Positions 49,297 through 58,770 of a stretch of DNA of 64,000 nucleotides are shown piece by piece. The stretch comes from Lentisphaeria bacterium (GTDB lineage Bacteria > Verrucomicrobiota > Lentisphaeria > JABSQK01 > JAWLHB01). Both the position numbers and the translations under genes were made by a program. Position 1 is the stretch's first letter, and the number at the start of each line of letters is the position of its first letter. The notes under the pieces were generated by a model. The model had not been told where the DNA came from, made no database searches, and worked only from the letters and a program-made list of their open reading frames with translations. The stretch covers positions 186,001 to 250,000 of the forward strand of contig JAWLHB010000006.1 in NCBI GenBank assembly GCA_041690595.1, written 5' to 3'.

Positions 49297-50149
49297 GCCT
49301 CGCCTCCTCAAGATGCTCTTCCACGAAGCGGCGGTGGGCGATGGCCAGCTCCACCTCCCCACCCTCCTGGCCGCGAGCGGTCTGGAGGATGTAGGGGCGG
49401 TCGTAGCCCAGGCGAAGAAACGCCGCGAAACAGGCCGCGAAATCCGTGTCGCCGGTGCCGGGTTCGACGGTGCCGCCGCCGCGGAGGCGATCCTTGATGT
49501 GGACGCTGCCGAGACGATGACCGTAGGCGGCAAGCTCCTCAGACGGGCGGTATCCCAGGCTGGCACTGTTGCCGGTGTCATAGTTGGCACGAATCCCGGG
49601 AGGGCACTGGTCGAGGAGCCCAGCAAAGTCACTGGGTGGTAGATCGGTCTCGAGATGCAGTTCGAGCCCATGCCGGTCGAGGAGCGGCTGCAGGTCGCCG
49701 AGTTGCGTGGCGAGCAGCTCCCGACTGGCCGCATCGTGGCGGAGGGAGGAGCTGTCGACGAAGGGTAGGACGATATAGTCGAGGCCTAGGATGGCCGCCT
49801 GACCGATGAGCCAGCGAAGATGCTCCCAAGTGTCGGCATCGGGACGGCCGTCGCGGATCAGCAGCTCGGTCATGAAGTAGTCCGCGCAGATGGAGCGGAT
49901 GCGAACGCCCGTCGCCTCGCTGAGCCGACGGATCTCGTCGAGCCCGCTTGCGCTCCCGATCGGATTCTCCGCCAGATGTGGCCGCTCATGGATCCACTCG
50001 ATGGAGACAAGCCCGGCGTCGCGGGCTCGGGCAAACTCCTCGCGCCAGGAGTCGGCCGGAAAGGCCTGAAAGCGTCCTTCAAAAGGGGGCGAAAGGCGCC
50101 CATGCATGATGCCGACCTGAACCGGCCGCGCTGTAGGGGATGGATTCAC
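49286..50149 (-). CDS. Sugar phosphate isomerase/epimerase (xylose-isomerase-like TIM barrel, hexulose-phosphate epimerase-like)
   Basis: GIMHGRL, IEWI, SICADYFM, LHLETD, NYDTGN, VHIKDR, GTGDTDF. Confidence 0.85.
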   Translation of the reverse strand: MNPSPTARPVQVGIMHGRLSPPFEGRFQAFPADSWREEFARARDAGLVSIEWIHERPHLAENPIGSASGLDEIRRLSEATGVRIRSICADYFMTELLIRDGRPDADTWEHLRWLIGQAAILGLDYIVLPFVDSSSLRHDAASRELLATQLGDLQPLLDRHGLELHLETDLPPSDFAGLLDQCPPGIRANYDTGNSASLGYRPSEELAAYGHRLGSVHIKDRLRGGGTVEPGTGDTDFAACFAAFLRLGYDRPYILQTARGQEGGEVELAIAHRRFVEEHLEEARHES

Positions 50150-50182
50150 GGAAAGCTCCCTCTCGGTGTTGATCGGACAGGC

Positions 50183-51166
50183 CTAACGCTTGAAGCGATA
50201 GGGGGAAGGGCCGGCTGATGTTTCACCGCTACGCTCGGCATCCCATCGCTTGATCTGACCGATGATGTCGACATTGACATTGGCGCTCCACGCATCCAGC
50301 AGTTGGCGGGTGACCGGCCCCATCGGGCCACTGCCGATGCTCTCGGAATTGAGCTGGCTGACAGGCAGAATGCAGAAGGGGGTGCCGGTCATGAAGGCCT
50401 CATCGGCCGTGATCACGTCAAAGGGATGCAGGTTGGTTTCACGGCAGGGCAAGCCGAGCTGAGGGGCCAGGACATCCATGACGTACTGGCGGCTGATCCC
50501 GCGCAGGATGTTGCGCCCTTCCGGCGTAAGGATGACGTTGTCCTTCACGATGAAGAAGTTATCGCCTGTTCCCTCGGCGATGAAGCCGTCGGTGTCGAGC
50601 AGAAGCGCCCAATTGTTATCCCCGGCGTAGTTCGAGACTTCGATGTTCGCCATCTGGTAGTGAATGCGGCTGCGATTCTTCACCTTCGGCTCGAGCAGAT
50701 CCGCGGGGATGGCGCGCTGGGAGGGAATGACGGCATTGATGCCGGTATCGAAGAGATTGCCCATCCCGGTTACTGTCCAGCGGAGCGGAAAGTCGGCAAT
50801 GACGACATTGGGTCCCTTGCGCAGCCCGGGGATCCCCTGATAGATGGAGAGGAGCCCGCGCGACACGTCGATCATGATGCGATGCTCGTCGTCGTCACTG
50901 AAGGTCGGATCGTTCTCCTCGATGGTCGCGTAGACCAGCGCTTCCATCTCGTCGATGGAGATCGTCATCGGGATCCGCAGGAAACGGATGGAATCGTACA
51001 GGCGGACGAGATGCTCCCGCAGCTTGAACTGCTCCTTGTTGAAGGAGCGGGTCATCTCGAAGACCATGTCACCGAACATCAGGGCGGAATCGTAGACGGA
51101 AATCCGAGCTTCCGATTCTGCTACAAACTCACCATTCATCCAGATCTTACGCTGCGGAGTGGTCAC
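50183..51166 (-). CDS. Class IV (BCAT/DAAT/ADC-lyase fold) PLP aminotransferase
   Basis: IWMNGEFV, FGD.VFE..R, H..RL..S, PKVK (PLP lysine), EGTGDNFF, ILRGISRQ, DEAFMTGT. Confidence 0.9.
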   Translation of the reverse strand: MTTPQRKIWMNGEFVAESEARISVYDSALMFGDMVFEMTRSFNKEQFKLREHLVRLYDSIRFLRIPMTISIDEMEALVYATIEENDPTFSDDDEHRIMIDVSRGLLSIYQGIPGLRKGPNVVIADFPLRWTVTGMGNLFDTGINAVIPSQRAIPADLLEPKVKNRSRIHYQMANIEVSNYAGDNNWALLLDTDGFIAEGTGDNFFIVKDNVILTPEGRNILRGISRQYVMDVLAPQLGLPCRETNLHPFDVITADEAFMTGTPFCILPVSQLNSESIGSGPMGPVTRQLLDAWSANVNVDIIGQIKRWDAERSGETSAGPSPYRFKR

Positions 51167-51190
51167 TGATCGTTGTCCTTGAAAAAGGGT

Positions 51191-51937
51191 TTACTGGGCG
51201 AGCGATGGCCGATAGACGGTATCGTACCATGCGATGATGTCGGTGATGTGAAAGCTCGGATTGCGCGGATACAGGTAATCGTAGAGTTCCGCCATGAAGC
51301 GGTACTGCTTCTCGGTGTTGACGTCCAGCACGAGATCCGGTCGCCGGAACGCTTCCGGGCAGGAAACCGTGCCGACCGGGAAGCGCTCCGCATCCACGGG
51401 CCGCTGCCCGTCATAGTCGTAGAAGTTACGATGCGGATGCTCACGAAGCAAGGGATCGCTGACACTGCTCCAGACCGACTCCAGGCAATCGACCCGCATC
51501 ACCTCGGCCCCGATACCATCCGGATAGCCATTGCCCATCACCTGTGCCAGATTGGACGAGAAGGCATTCGGGGAGGCGAGGTGGTAGTCGATGATCCGGT
51601 CGATCTCGGCCGGCTCCGGGGTGACGTTGTCCGCAGGCAACCGCGCAATGTCGGTGACGCCGACATGGCGGGCAGCCATCAGGTAGCGATCGACAAGGTC
51701 GTTCTCGGCGCCGCGGAAGACGACGACGCCATAGCGTTCACCCAGCTCGGCGAGCACGTCATCTTCGGCCTTCTGGGGAATGGCCAGAACGATGGCGCTG
51801 GGACGGCGACAGCGCTTGACCCGTTCCAGTATGCGCCCGACAAGGGGCTCCCCAGCCAGTGGCATCATGGATTTGCCCGGCAGGCGCGTGGAGCCCATGC
51901 GGGCCTGAAGAATGAGAGCAGCACTGCGTTCGGCCAT
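51191..51937 (-). CDS. SpsF-like/acylneuraminate cytidylyltransferase family protein
   Basis: ILQARMGSTRLPGK, FRGAENDLVDRY, R.PADN, YPDG..AEV, REH, LDVNT; start ATG 51937. Confidence 0.85.
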   Translation of the reverse strand: MAERSAALILQARMGSTRLPGKSMMPLAGEPLVGRILERVKRCRRPSAIVLAIPQKAEDDVLAELGERYGVVVFRGAENDLVDRYLMAARHVGVTDIARLPADNVTPEPAEIDRIIDYHLASPNAFSSNLAQVMGNGYPDGIGAEVMRVDCLESVWSSVSDPLLREHPHRNFYDYDGQRPVDAERFPVGTVSCPEAFRRPDLVLDVNTEKQYRFMAELYDYLYPRNPSFHITDIIAWYDTVYRPSLAQ

Positions 51938-51953
51938 GTACCGGTACTCCGGA

Positions 51954-52802
51954 TTAAGCGGTGGGAAGGTGCTGACGGAGTTTTTCGGCGACTTTGCGTT
52001 CTTCGGGCAGGATGCGCTTGACCCCATCGCCCATGGCGCCCGGGATCTTGCGTATGGCGCCGACCAGCATGCGGAGGCCGGATGGTTCGACGGAGGCGGC
52101 CTGGTCGCTGCCATACATGCTGCGGTCGAGGGTGATGTGGCGCTCGAGGGAGGTGATGCCGAGGGCGGCGGCCGCGTAGGAGACGGCGAGACCCACTTCA
52201 TGACCGCTGTAGCCCACGGCGCAGGTGTACCGGTTGCGGAGAGTTTCGATGCACTTGAGGTTGGCGTGGCTTTCGTCCATCGGATAGGTGCCGACGCAGT
52301 GCATGAGTTCGAAGGGGCAATCGGCATCCCGGAAGATCTTGACGATGGCGTCGATCTGCTCCAGTTCCGACATGGCGGTGGAGATGAAGGTGTGCTTGCG
52401 GCGCTGGGCAACGGCGCGGGCGAAGTCGGGCCAGGCATTCATGGCGCCGGCGACCTTCTGGTACTTGCAGTCAAACTGGTCGAGGAAAGCGAGCGCGTCG
52501 AGATCCCAGGCCGAGGCGAACCACTCGATGCCCTGCTCGCGGCAGTAGCGGTCGATCTCGCGGAACTCCTCCAACTCGAACTCGAGCCCCTTCTTCTGGT
52601 CGCGCTGCGTGGTTCCCCAGGGGGAGTCGCGGAGGCCGTCGAGATACTCCTGGGTGTAGACCTTGTCGATCGTGCGCTTCTGGAACTTCACGGCGTCGCA
52701 GCCCGCATCGACCGCTACATCGATGAGCTTCTTGGCAATATCGAGATCGCCGTTGTGGTTGATCCCGACTTCGGCAATAACAACTATGCGGGGATTACTC
52801 AT
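51954..52802 (-). CDS. neuB: N-acetylneuraminate synthase (NeuB/SpsE) family, short form without C-terminal SAF domain
   Basis: IAEVGINHNG, DAVKFQKR, FASAWD, ISTAMS, MHC..TYP, GYSGHE, ERHITLDR.MYGSDQ.AS. Confidence 0.85.
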   Translation of the reverse strand: MSNPRIVVIAEVGINHNGDLDIAKKLIDVAVDAGCDAVKFQKRTIDKVYTQEYLDGLRDSPWGTTQRDQKKGLEFELEEFREIDRYCREQGIEWFASAWDLDALAFLDQFDCKYQKVAGAMNAWPDFARAVAQRRKHTFISTAMSELEQIDAIVKIFRDADCPFELMHCVGTYPMDESHANLKCIETLRNRYTCAVGYSGHEVGLAVSYAAAALGITSLERHITLDRSMYGSDQAASVEPSGLRMLVGAIRKIPGAMGDGVKRILPEERKVAEKLRQHLPTA

Positions 52803-53314
52803 GATGCGTCTCCTTTAAGTGAGGGAAAGAGAGCGTCGGCAAGGGCGCGGATGACCCCTTCGCCGCCGCGGCGGTCAAGGATACAGTGAGCCAGATCGAG
52901 GATGATCGGATGCGCATCGGCCGGACAGAGCCGCAGGCCGACCGCGCGCATGACGGAAAGATCGTTGAGATCGTTGCCCACAAAGGCGACCCGATCCAGG
53001 TCGATCTCGCGTTCGTCGCAATAGCCGCGCAACGTGGCAAGCTTGTCGCTGCTGCCATGCAGAACCGGCAGCTTGAGCTTCTCGGCGCGACGGGCAACCA
53101 CCACGTTCCGCTCCGTGGAAAGAATGAGCATCTGGCAGCCGGCGGCGCGCATCATGTCCAGCCCCAGACCATCCCCCCGATTGCAGAAGACAGCTTCATG
53201 GCCGTCGTCGAAGACGAGGACGCGGTTGTCCGTCATGACACCGTCGAAATCGAAGACCCAGAGGCGAATGCTGCTGAGGTGATCGCTGGAGATCTGAACG
53301 GTGGAAGATGGCAT
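52799..53314 (-). CDS. KdsC-family HAD phosphatase (Kdo8P/KDN9P phosphatase-like)
   Basis: FDFDGVMTD, R.DG.G, ILSTE, K, FVGNDLND, CPADA, GGEG..R; ATG 53314. Confidence 0.85.
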   Translation of the reverse strand: MPSSTVQISSDHLSSIRLWVFDFDGVMTDNRVLVFDDGHEAVFCNRGDGLGLDMMRAAGCQMLILSTERNVVVARRAEKLKLPVLHGSSDKLATLRGYCDEREIDLDRVAFVGNDLNDLSVMRAVGLRLCPADAHPIILDLAHCILDRRGGEGVIRALADALFPSLKGDAS

Positions 53315-53469
53315 GACGAATGGACGCAGTGGGTATGGAGGCTGGCCGACCGGCTGAGTGAAGGGTGGCGGCTGGGACATAGTATACAAAGGTAACGTTG
53401 GCTTTGCAATTCTGCTCACCCGAGAATTTCCCACGACCTGCATGGTTCCCGAGGCGGCTGCCATCCTCT

Positions 53470-53697
53470 TCGCCTCTTGTCTCCTTTGGAAACGAGCATC
53501 AGGCACAGCTGCACGCGCTTCTGGCCTTGGATCATGAAGGGAGTGGGACAAGGGAATCGCCGCGGGACCTGGAAAACAAGCTGGATGCAGACCTTGCAGG
53601 GGACTGGGGTGAGAAGGCTAAGGCAATCGTGATAGAACCGGAACTCGAAATATGGATGTGGGGCAGCGACGCCGCACTCTCGCAAGTCTGTTGATAA
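53470..53697 (+). pseudogene. Internal fragment of a MAD4-like (methylation-associated defence system) gene
   Basis: HALLALDHEGSG...DLE..L...L...WGEKAKAIVIEPELEIWMW matches the DHEGSG...W..RA..IV..PELE.W.W pattern I recall for MAD4. No credible start, two tandem stops, and lower GC than the neighbours. Confidence 0.55.
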
Positions 53698-53816
53698 GTA
53701 GTCCTGAAGTGGTGGGGAGCCGTGCCGAGGGGATTTTCGATGGCTATAGAGCTGGCCAATGGGCCGGAGTGCGGTATTGTGAGTGGTTTGCGATGCTTCA
53801 ATCGGGGAGATCCGGA

Positions 53817-54911
53817 ATGGCTCACGACCTACTTTCGCTGCCGGTACAACATGATTGGGAAGGGCTGCGCGACTGCATCCTGCGCCGCGGAACACCCGAC
53901 CGCGTCTACAACATCGAACTCTTCCTTGACCAGGAGGTGCAGGATCTTGTTGCCGCCAGTTATGGCCTCAACACCGGTCTCGACCTGACCACGCTCGAAG
54001 GGCGCTGCCAACGCCACCTGCGCGTCATGCGTCACCTCGGCTACGACTATGTCCGCGTCGGCCTGGACGACCTGCCCTTTCCCATGCACCGGGCAACCGT
54101 CAAGGATACCGCCACCCTCGAACGCGGTGGCGGTCGTGCCTACGTCAACCAGCAGCGTGGCCCCATCACCACACGCATGGAATTCGAGACCTACCCTTGG
54201 CCGCATGTCAGCGATGCCACCACCCGGGCCCTCGAATGGTACCAGCGCAATCTTCCCGACGATATGTGCATCATAGCGGGCGGCGGTTTTGCTCACTTCG
54301 CCGAGTACCTTGTCTGGCTGCCTGGCTACGAGACCCTCTGCACCCTGCTTTACGACAATCGCCAGCTCCTCGAAGATATCCGCGACCGCCTCATGGCGAT
54401 CTACTCCGACTCTCTCCGGCGCATCCTCCGGTTCGATCGCGTCAAGCTCGTCTGGGGCAGCGACGATATGGGCTACAAGAATGGTCCGCTCATTTCGCCG
54501 CGCGACCTGCGGGAGCTGGTTCTGCCGGGGCACAAGCAGATGGCTGCCATGGCGCATGGCGCAGGCCTCCCCTATCTGCTGCACTCCTGCGGCGATCTCT
54601 CCACCATCATCGACGACCTCATCGACGATGTCGGAATCGACGCCAAACATTCGTTCGAGGACACGATCGAGGATGTTGTCGATGTCAAGCTTAACGGGTA
54701 CGGTCGCCGGATCGCCGTGCTGGGCGGCATGGATGTCGATTTTCTCTGTCGTGCGGGTGAGGAGGCCATCCGTGATCGTGTCCGGCGCACCCTCGACAGT
54801 TGCCAGCCCGGCGGCGGCTATTGCCTGGGCACCGGGAACAGCGTCGCGAACTACATCCCGCTCGAAAACTACCTGATCATGCTTGACGAAGGCCGTCGCT
54901 ACGGCCGTTGA
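53817..54911 (+). CDS. Uroporphyrinogen decarboxylase family protein
   Basis: GYDYV, F..YPWP, GYE.L, SDDMGYK.G..ISP, LHSCG, KHSFED, LGGMDVD, GGGY.LGTGNS. Confidence 0.85.
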   Translation: MAHDLLSLPVQHDWEGLRDCILRRGTPDRVYNIELFLDQEVQDLVAASYGLNTGLDLTTLEGRCQRHLRVMRHLGYDYVRVGLDDLPFPMHRATVKDTATLERGGGRAYVNQQRGPITTRMEFETYPWPHVSDATTRALEWYQRNLPDDMCIIAGGGFAHFAEYLVWLPGYETLCTLLYDNRQLLEDIRDRLMAIYSDSLRRILRFDRVKLVWGSDDMGYKNGPLISPRDLRELVLPGHKQMAAMAHGAGLPYLLHSCGDLSTIIDDLIDDVGIDAKHSFEDTIEDVVDVKLNGYGRRIAVLGGMDVDFLCRAGEEAIRDRVRRTLDSCQPGGGYCLGTGNSVANYIPLENYLIMLDEGRRYGR

Positions 54912-54962
54912 ACCCCTTTTATTCGCACAGCAACCGTATTCTCACATCAAAGGAGTATTTTC

Positions 54963-55994
54963 ATGACCGATCAGCCGAAACTCAAAGTAGCCCAGGTTGG
55001 TGTCGCCGGATTTGGCGCCGCCCGTCGCGCCCGCATGCGTGTAACGGGGCTCTTCGATCTCGTGGCCAGCCACGACTGGAATGAAGCGGCCATGACCTCC
55101 GCCCAGGCGGAAGATGGGGCGACGCCAGTCGGCAGCTACGAAGAGCTGCTCGACTATCCGGGGATCGAGGCAATGATCATAGCCACCGGCGGCAAGTATC
55201 ACGCCGAGCAGGTGATCGCGGCCGCCGATCGGGGGCTGCACGTCTTCGTTGAAAAGCCACTCTGCTCCAGTGAAGACGAGATGCTTGCCATCCTCGACGC
55301 GCAGAAGCGCAATGGCGTCGTCATGGCCTGCGGGCACAACGACCACAGCCATGACCGGCATTCGGTGACTATCAAGAGCCTGCTGGACAAGGGCGAGCTG
55401 GGCGATCTTGTCGCCTTCGATTCGACTACCTGCCACAATGGCGGCCTGATGATCAAGCCCGGCGACTGGCGCGGCGATCCGGAGAAGAACCCGGGCGGCA
55501 TGCTCTTCCAGTGCGGCGTCCACAAGCTTCATGAACTGATGTACTACTTCGGCCCCGTCAAGCGCGTCAGCTGCAAGATGCGTTATGACATCAACCGCAA
55601 CACCGGGACCGCGGACATCGCGCTCTGCCACCTCGAGTTTGTTTCGGGCCTCACCGGCTGCCTCAACGCCTATCACGTCAGCCCGTATTATCACACCATC
55701 AACATCTTCGGCACGCGCGCCAACCTCTTTCAGGAGCATCGCTACTTTGACGAAGGTACGCACCTGAATCTGCAGGTCAGCCATCTGGACGGCAAGTACG
55801 AGCCCAGAGTGCCTGTCGATCTGATCGGCGAGGATGATGGCAGCGGCAATGTGCGCAGCTTCTACAACGCCATTCGCAACGGCGAGACGCTTTATCCCTC
55901 CGTTCAGGATGGCGCCCGCGCCGTAGCGGTTGTCTTCGCCGCCGAAAAGTCCGCCAAGCAGGACGGCGCCACGGTCGAAGTCACCCAGATCTGA
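54963..55994 (+). CDS. Gfo/Idh/MocA family oxidoreductase
   Basis: VGVAGFG, YEELL..P.IEA, HVFVEKP, WR......GG.L...G.H. Confidence 0.9.
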   Translation: MTDQPKLKVAQVGVAGFGAARRARMRVTGLFDLVASHDWNEAAMTSAQAEDGATPVGSYEELLDYPGIEAMIIATGGKYHAEQVIAAADRGLHVFVEKPLCSSEDEMLAILDAQKRNGVVMACGHNDHSHDRHSVTIKSLLDKGELGDLVAFDSTTCHNGGLMIKPGDWRGDPEKNPGGMLFQCGVHKLHELMYYFGPVKRVSCKMRYDINRNTGTADIALCHLEFVSGLTGCLNAYHVSPYYHTINIFGTRANLFQEHRYFDEGTHLNLQVSHLDGKYEPRVPVDLIGEDDGSGNVRSFYNAIRNGETLYPSVQDGARAVAVVFAAEKSAKQDGATVEVTQI

Positions 55995-56015
55995 GCACTC
56001 GACAGGAATCCAGAC

Positions 56016-57236
56016 ATGAGCACCAAACGAGTTGCTTTCATCGGCACCGGGGGGCGTAGCGTCTCCTACGCTCAGCACTTCCTCAAGCAGGGAGCCATCG
56101 ATATTGTCGCCCTGGCAGATCCCGTCGCACAGAATCGCGGCGCCATGCGCCAGCGCGCCGGCATGACCCATGCGCCAGAGGAATTTGCCGACTGGCGGGA
56201 GATGCTGCGCGTTCATGGGGACGGACTCGACGGCATGGTCATCTGCAGCCCCAACCACCTCCATGCCGAGCAGGCCATCGCGGCTCTCGAACGGGGGCTG
56301 CCCATCGCCTTGGAGAAACCGCTTGCCGCCAACCAGGGGGACTGCGAGCGCATCATCGATGCCGAACGCGCCAACAATGGACGTACGCTCATCGGTTTTG
56401 TCCTCCGCTCGACGCCCTTCTACTCGACCATCAAGCGACTCGTCGAGGGCGGGCGGATCGGGCGCATCGTCTCGGTTCAGGCGGATGAGCTGGTCGGCTG
56501 GATGGTTACCTCGCTGATGGCACGCAACGCCTGGCGCCGACGCACCGAGACAAGCGGCGGCTCCATGCTGGAGAAGTGCTGTCACGACGTGGATATCCTC
56601 AACTGGATGATTGGCTCGCGGCCATTGCGCGTCAACTCCTTTGGCGGCTGTCTGCACCTCAATCCCAACTCTCTGCTTCCGGACGAGTGTCCCGGCTGTC
56701 CTCAGGAGAAGAGCTGCAACTACTACCAGATGCCGGTGCGGGCCGATCACGAAGATGCCGGCGAGCAGATGCTGCACAGCTTCGTCAGCGATACCCACAA
56801 GTGCATCTACAATATCGACAAGGATGTCCTCGACACCCAGACCCTCGCCATCCAGTATGAAAACGGCGCGCTTGCCACCTTCCTGCTCAGCTTCAACGCC
56901 GCCGGTCCACGCGCCGGTCGCAGCATCTGCCTCGTCGGCACCCGCGGCATGATCTGGGGGCACATCGACGAACTGAAGGTTTCCGTCTACGACAATCATA
57001 CCCATGAGACCGAAGTCTTCGATACGGCCGGCGACGGCAGCGGCCACGGCGGCGGCGACCGTGCCCATGCTCTCAACCTGCACCGCATGATGTGCGAACC
57101 CGATTATCGACCCGAGCAGAATGCCTACGCCGGCTATCTGAGCGCCATGGTCTGCTTCGCCGCGGATCACAGCGTTCGCGAACAACGCCAGATCGCCCTT
57201 CGGTACAGCATCGGAGGCCAGGTAGAACTGCAGTGA
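56016..57236 (+). CDS. Gfo/Idh/MocA family oxidoreductase
   Basis: IGTGGR, SPNHLH, LEKP, GFVLR, WRR....SGG..LEKCCHD.D, Cys-rich insert, GHGGGD. Confidence 0.9.
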   Translation: MSTKRVAFIGTGGRSVSYAQHFLKQGAIDIVALADPVAQNRGAMRQRAGMTHAPEEFADWREMLRVHGDGLDGMVICSPNHLHAEQAIAALERGLPIALEKPLAANQGDCERIIDAERANNGRTLIGFVLRSTPFYSTIKRLVEGGRIGRIVSVQADELVGWMVTSLMARNAWRRRTETSGGSMLEKCCHDVDILNWMIGSRPLRVNSFGGCLHLNPNSLLPDECPGCPQEKSCNYYQMPVRADHEDAGEQMLHSFVSDTHKCIYNIDKDVLDTQTLAIQYENGALATFLLSFNAAGPRAGRSICLVGTRGMIWGHIDELKVSVYDNHTHETEVFDTAGDGSGHGGGDRAHALNLHRMMCEPDYRPEQNAYAGYLSAMVCFAADHSVREQRQIALRYSIGGQVELQ

Positions 57237-58759
57237 GCAGCGCCGCTCTACAACCCCTTCTCGCCTGGCATGACGTCACCCTGCGCGATGGCGATGCTCT
57301 CCGCTTTGCGAGGACTTCGTGGACAATTCATGCCGGCGAGCACTGGGGCATCGTCGGCGCGACGGAGAGCGGTAAGAGCCTGCTGGCCCGGGCGCTGGCG
57401 GGCCGGGTCGCCATCTGGCGCGGCCGCTTCGATCATCCAGAAGGCCGCACGGAGCTGCTCTCCTTCGAGAGCCAACGCGACCTGCAGCGCGGCCTCGGTA
57501 CCTTCCATCAGGCGCGGTGGAATGCCTTCGCCGGCGAGGGGGCTCCCACTGTGGCCGATCTCCTCTCCCGGCAGGCCGTCATGGGCATCAGCCCTTACCA
57601 GGTGCTTGCCGCGGATGGCAATGCCGACTATGCCGACCGCCTGCCCGGCGTCATCGCGCTTCTGGAGATCGAGCCCCTGCTCGACCGCAAGGCGCTCCAC
57701 CTCTCCAACGGCGAGAGTCGCAAACTTCTCCTCGCCCGCGCCTTGCTCCGGCAGCCTCGCCTCCTCATCCTCGACGATCCCTATGCCGGCCTCGATCAGG
57801 CTTCGCGCCAGCACTGGCAGGAGCTGCTCTCGCTCCTCGCCACGCAGCTTACCCTCGTCTGCGTCACCGGCCATCCCGATGAGTTGCCCGAGCCGATCAC
57901 CCATATCCTTGGCGTTCGCGACCACCGCATCCTCTTCCAGAGCCCCCGCAACCGCGTGACTGCACGGCAGTGGCGGGAACTCCTGCCCGATGAACGACCG
58001 GCGGCCCTATCGTCTGCTCACTTGCCTCCGGCACCGAAGCTCGACACCTTTCTCCTCGACCTGCGCCACATCACCGTCCGTTACGGCTCGACCACCATCC
58101 TGCACGACCTCACGTGGCGGGTGGAGCCCGGCGAGCGCTGGGCGCTGCTCGGTCCCAACGGCTCCGGCAAGTCCACCCTTCTCAGCCTGATTCTGGGTGA
58201 CAATCCACAGGCTTATGCCAATCAGGTGCACCTCTTCGGCAGGCGTCGGGGCAGCGGCGAGAGCATCTGGCAGATCAAGGCTCGCATCGGCGCGGTTGCT
58301 CCCGAGATGCAGACCCACTACGATGCCCGCGCCACCTGTCGTCAGGTCGTTGTCTCGGGTTTCTACTCCTCCATCGGTCTCTATTATCAGCCCACTCCCG
58401 ACCAATGGAAAGCTGCCGACCAGTGGCTGGAGCGACTCGCCCTCACCCCCCATGCCACCGATCCCTTTCCCCTGCTCCCCGCTGGCGTACAGCGCCTCGT
58501 TCTCCTCGCCCGCGCCCTCGTCAACAATCCTCCCCTGCTTGTCCTCGACGAACCGTGCCAGGGGCTTGACGACGCGCAGCGCGACCGGCTTGTTCCGCTC
58601 ATCGACACGCTTTGCCGGCTCCCCGGCCGCGCCCTCATCTACGTCACCCATCATCCCGAGGAACTGCCCCCGGGCCTCACTCACCTCCTGCGCCTGCACG
58701 CCGGCACTCCCGCCTACATCGGCCCCTTTTCCGCCGACGAGCAAATGCCCGGCACGTGA
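57233..58759 (+). CDS. Dual-ATPase ABC protein, ModF-like
   Basis: GATESGKS / LSNGE / LDDPYAGLD, then GPNGSGKS, NPQAYAN...FGRRRGSGESIW.IK, LDEPCQGLD; GTG 57233 overlaps the previous stop. Confidence 0.85.
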   Translation: MSSAALQPLLAWHDVTLRDGDALRFARTSWTIHAGEHWGIVGATESGKSLLARALAGRVAIWRGRFDHPEGRTELLSFESQRDLQRGLGTFHQARWNAFAGEGAPTVADLLSRQAVMGISPYQVLAADGNADYADRLPGVIALLEIEPLLDRKALHLSNGESRKLLLARALLRQPRLLILDDPYAGLDQASRQHWQELLSLLATQLTLVCVTGHPDELPEPITHILGVRDHRILFQSPRNRVTARQWRELLPDERPAALSSAHLPPAPKLDTFLLDLRHITVRYGSTTILHDLTWRVEPGERWALLGPNGSGKSTLLSLILGDNPQAYANQVHLFGRRRGSGESIWQIKARIGAVAPEMQTHYDARATCRQVVVSGFYSSIGLYYQPTPDQWKAADQWLERLALTPHATDPFPLLPAGVQRLVLLARALVNNPPLLVLDEPCQGLDDAQRDRLVPLIDTLCRLPGRALIYVTHHPEELPPGLTHLLRLHAGTPAYIGPFSADEQMPGT

Positions 58760-58770
58760 CGCGCACGGTC

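Noticed and set aside
48526..52438. Apparent long N-terminal extensions or fusions on the SDR (to 49734) and SpsF (to 52438) ORFs
   Set aside because: The extensions overlap upstream genes in another frame; the real starts are at 49296 and 51937
57233..58759. Molybdate transport locus
   Set aside because: Only a ModF-like ATPase is present, with no modABC, so no substrate can be assigned
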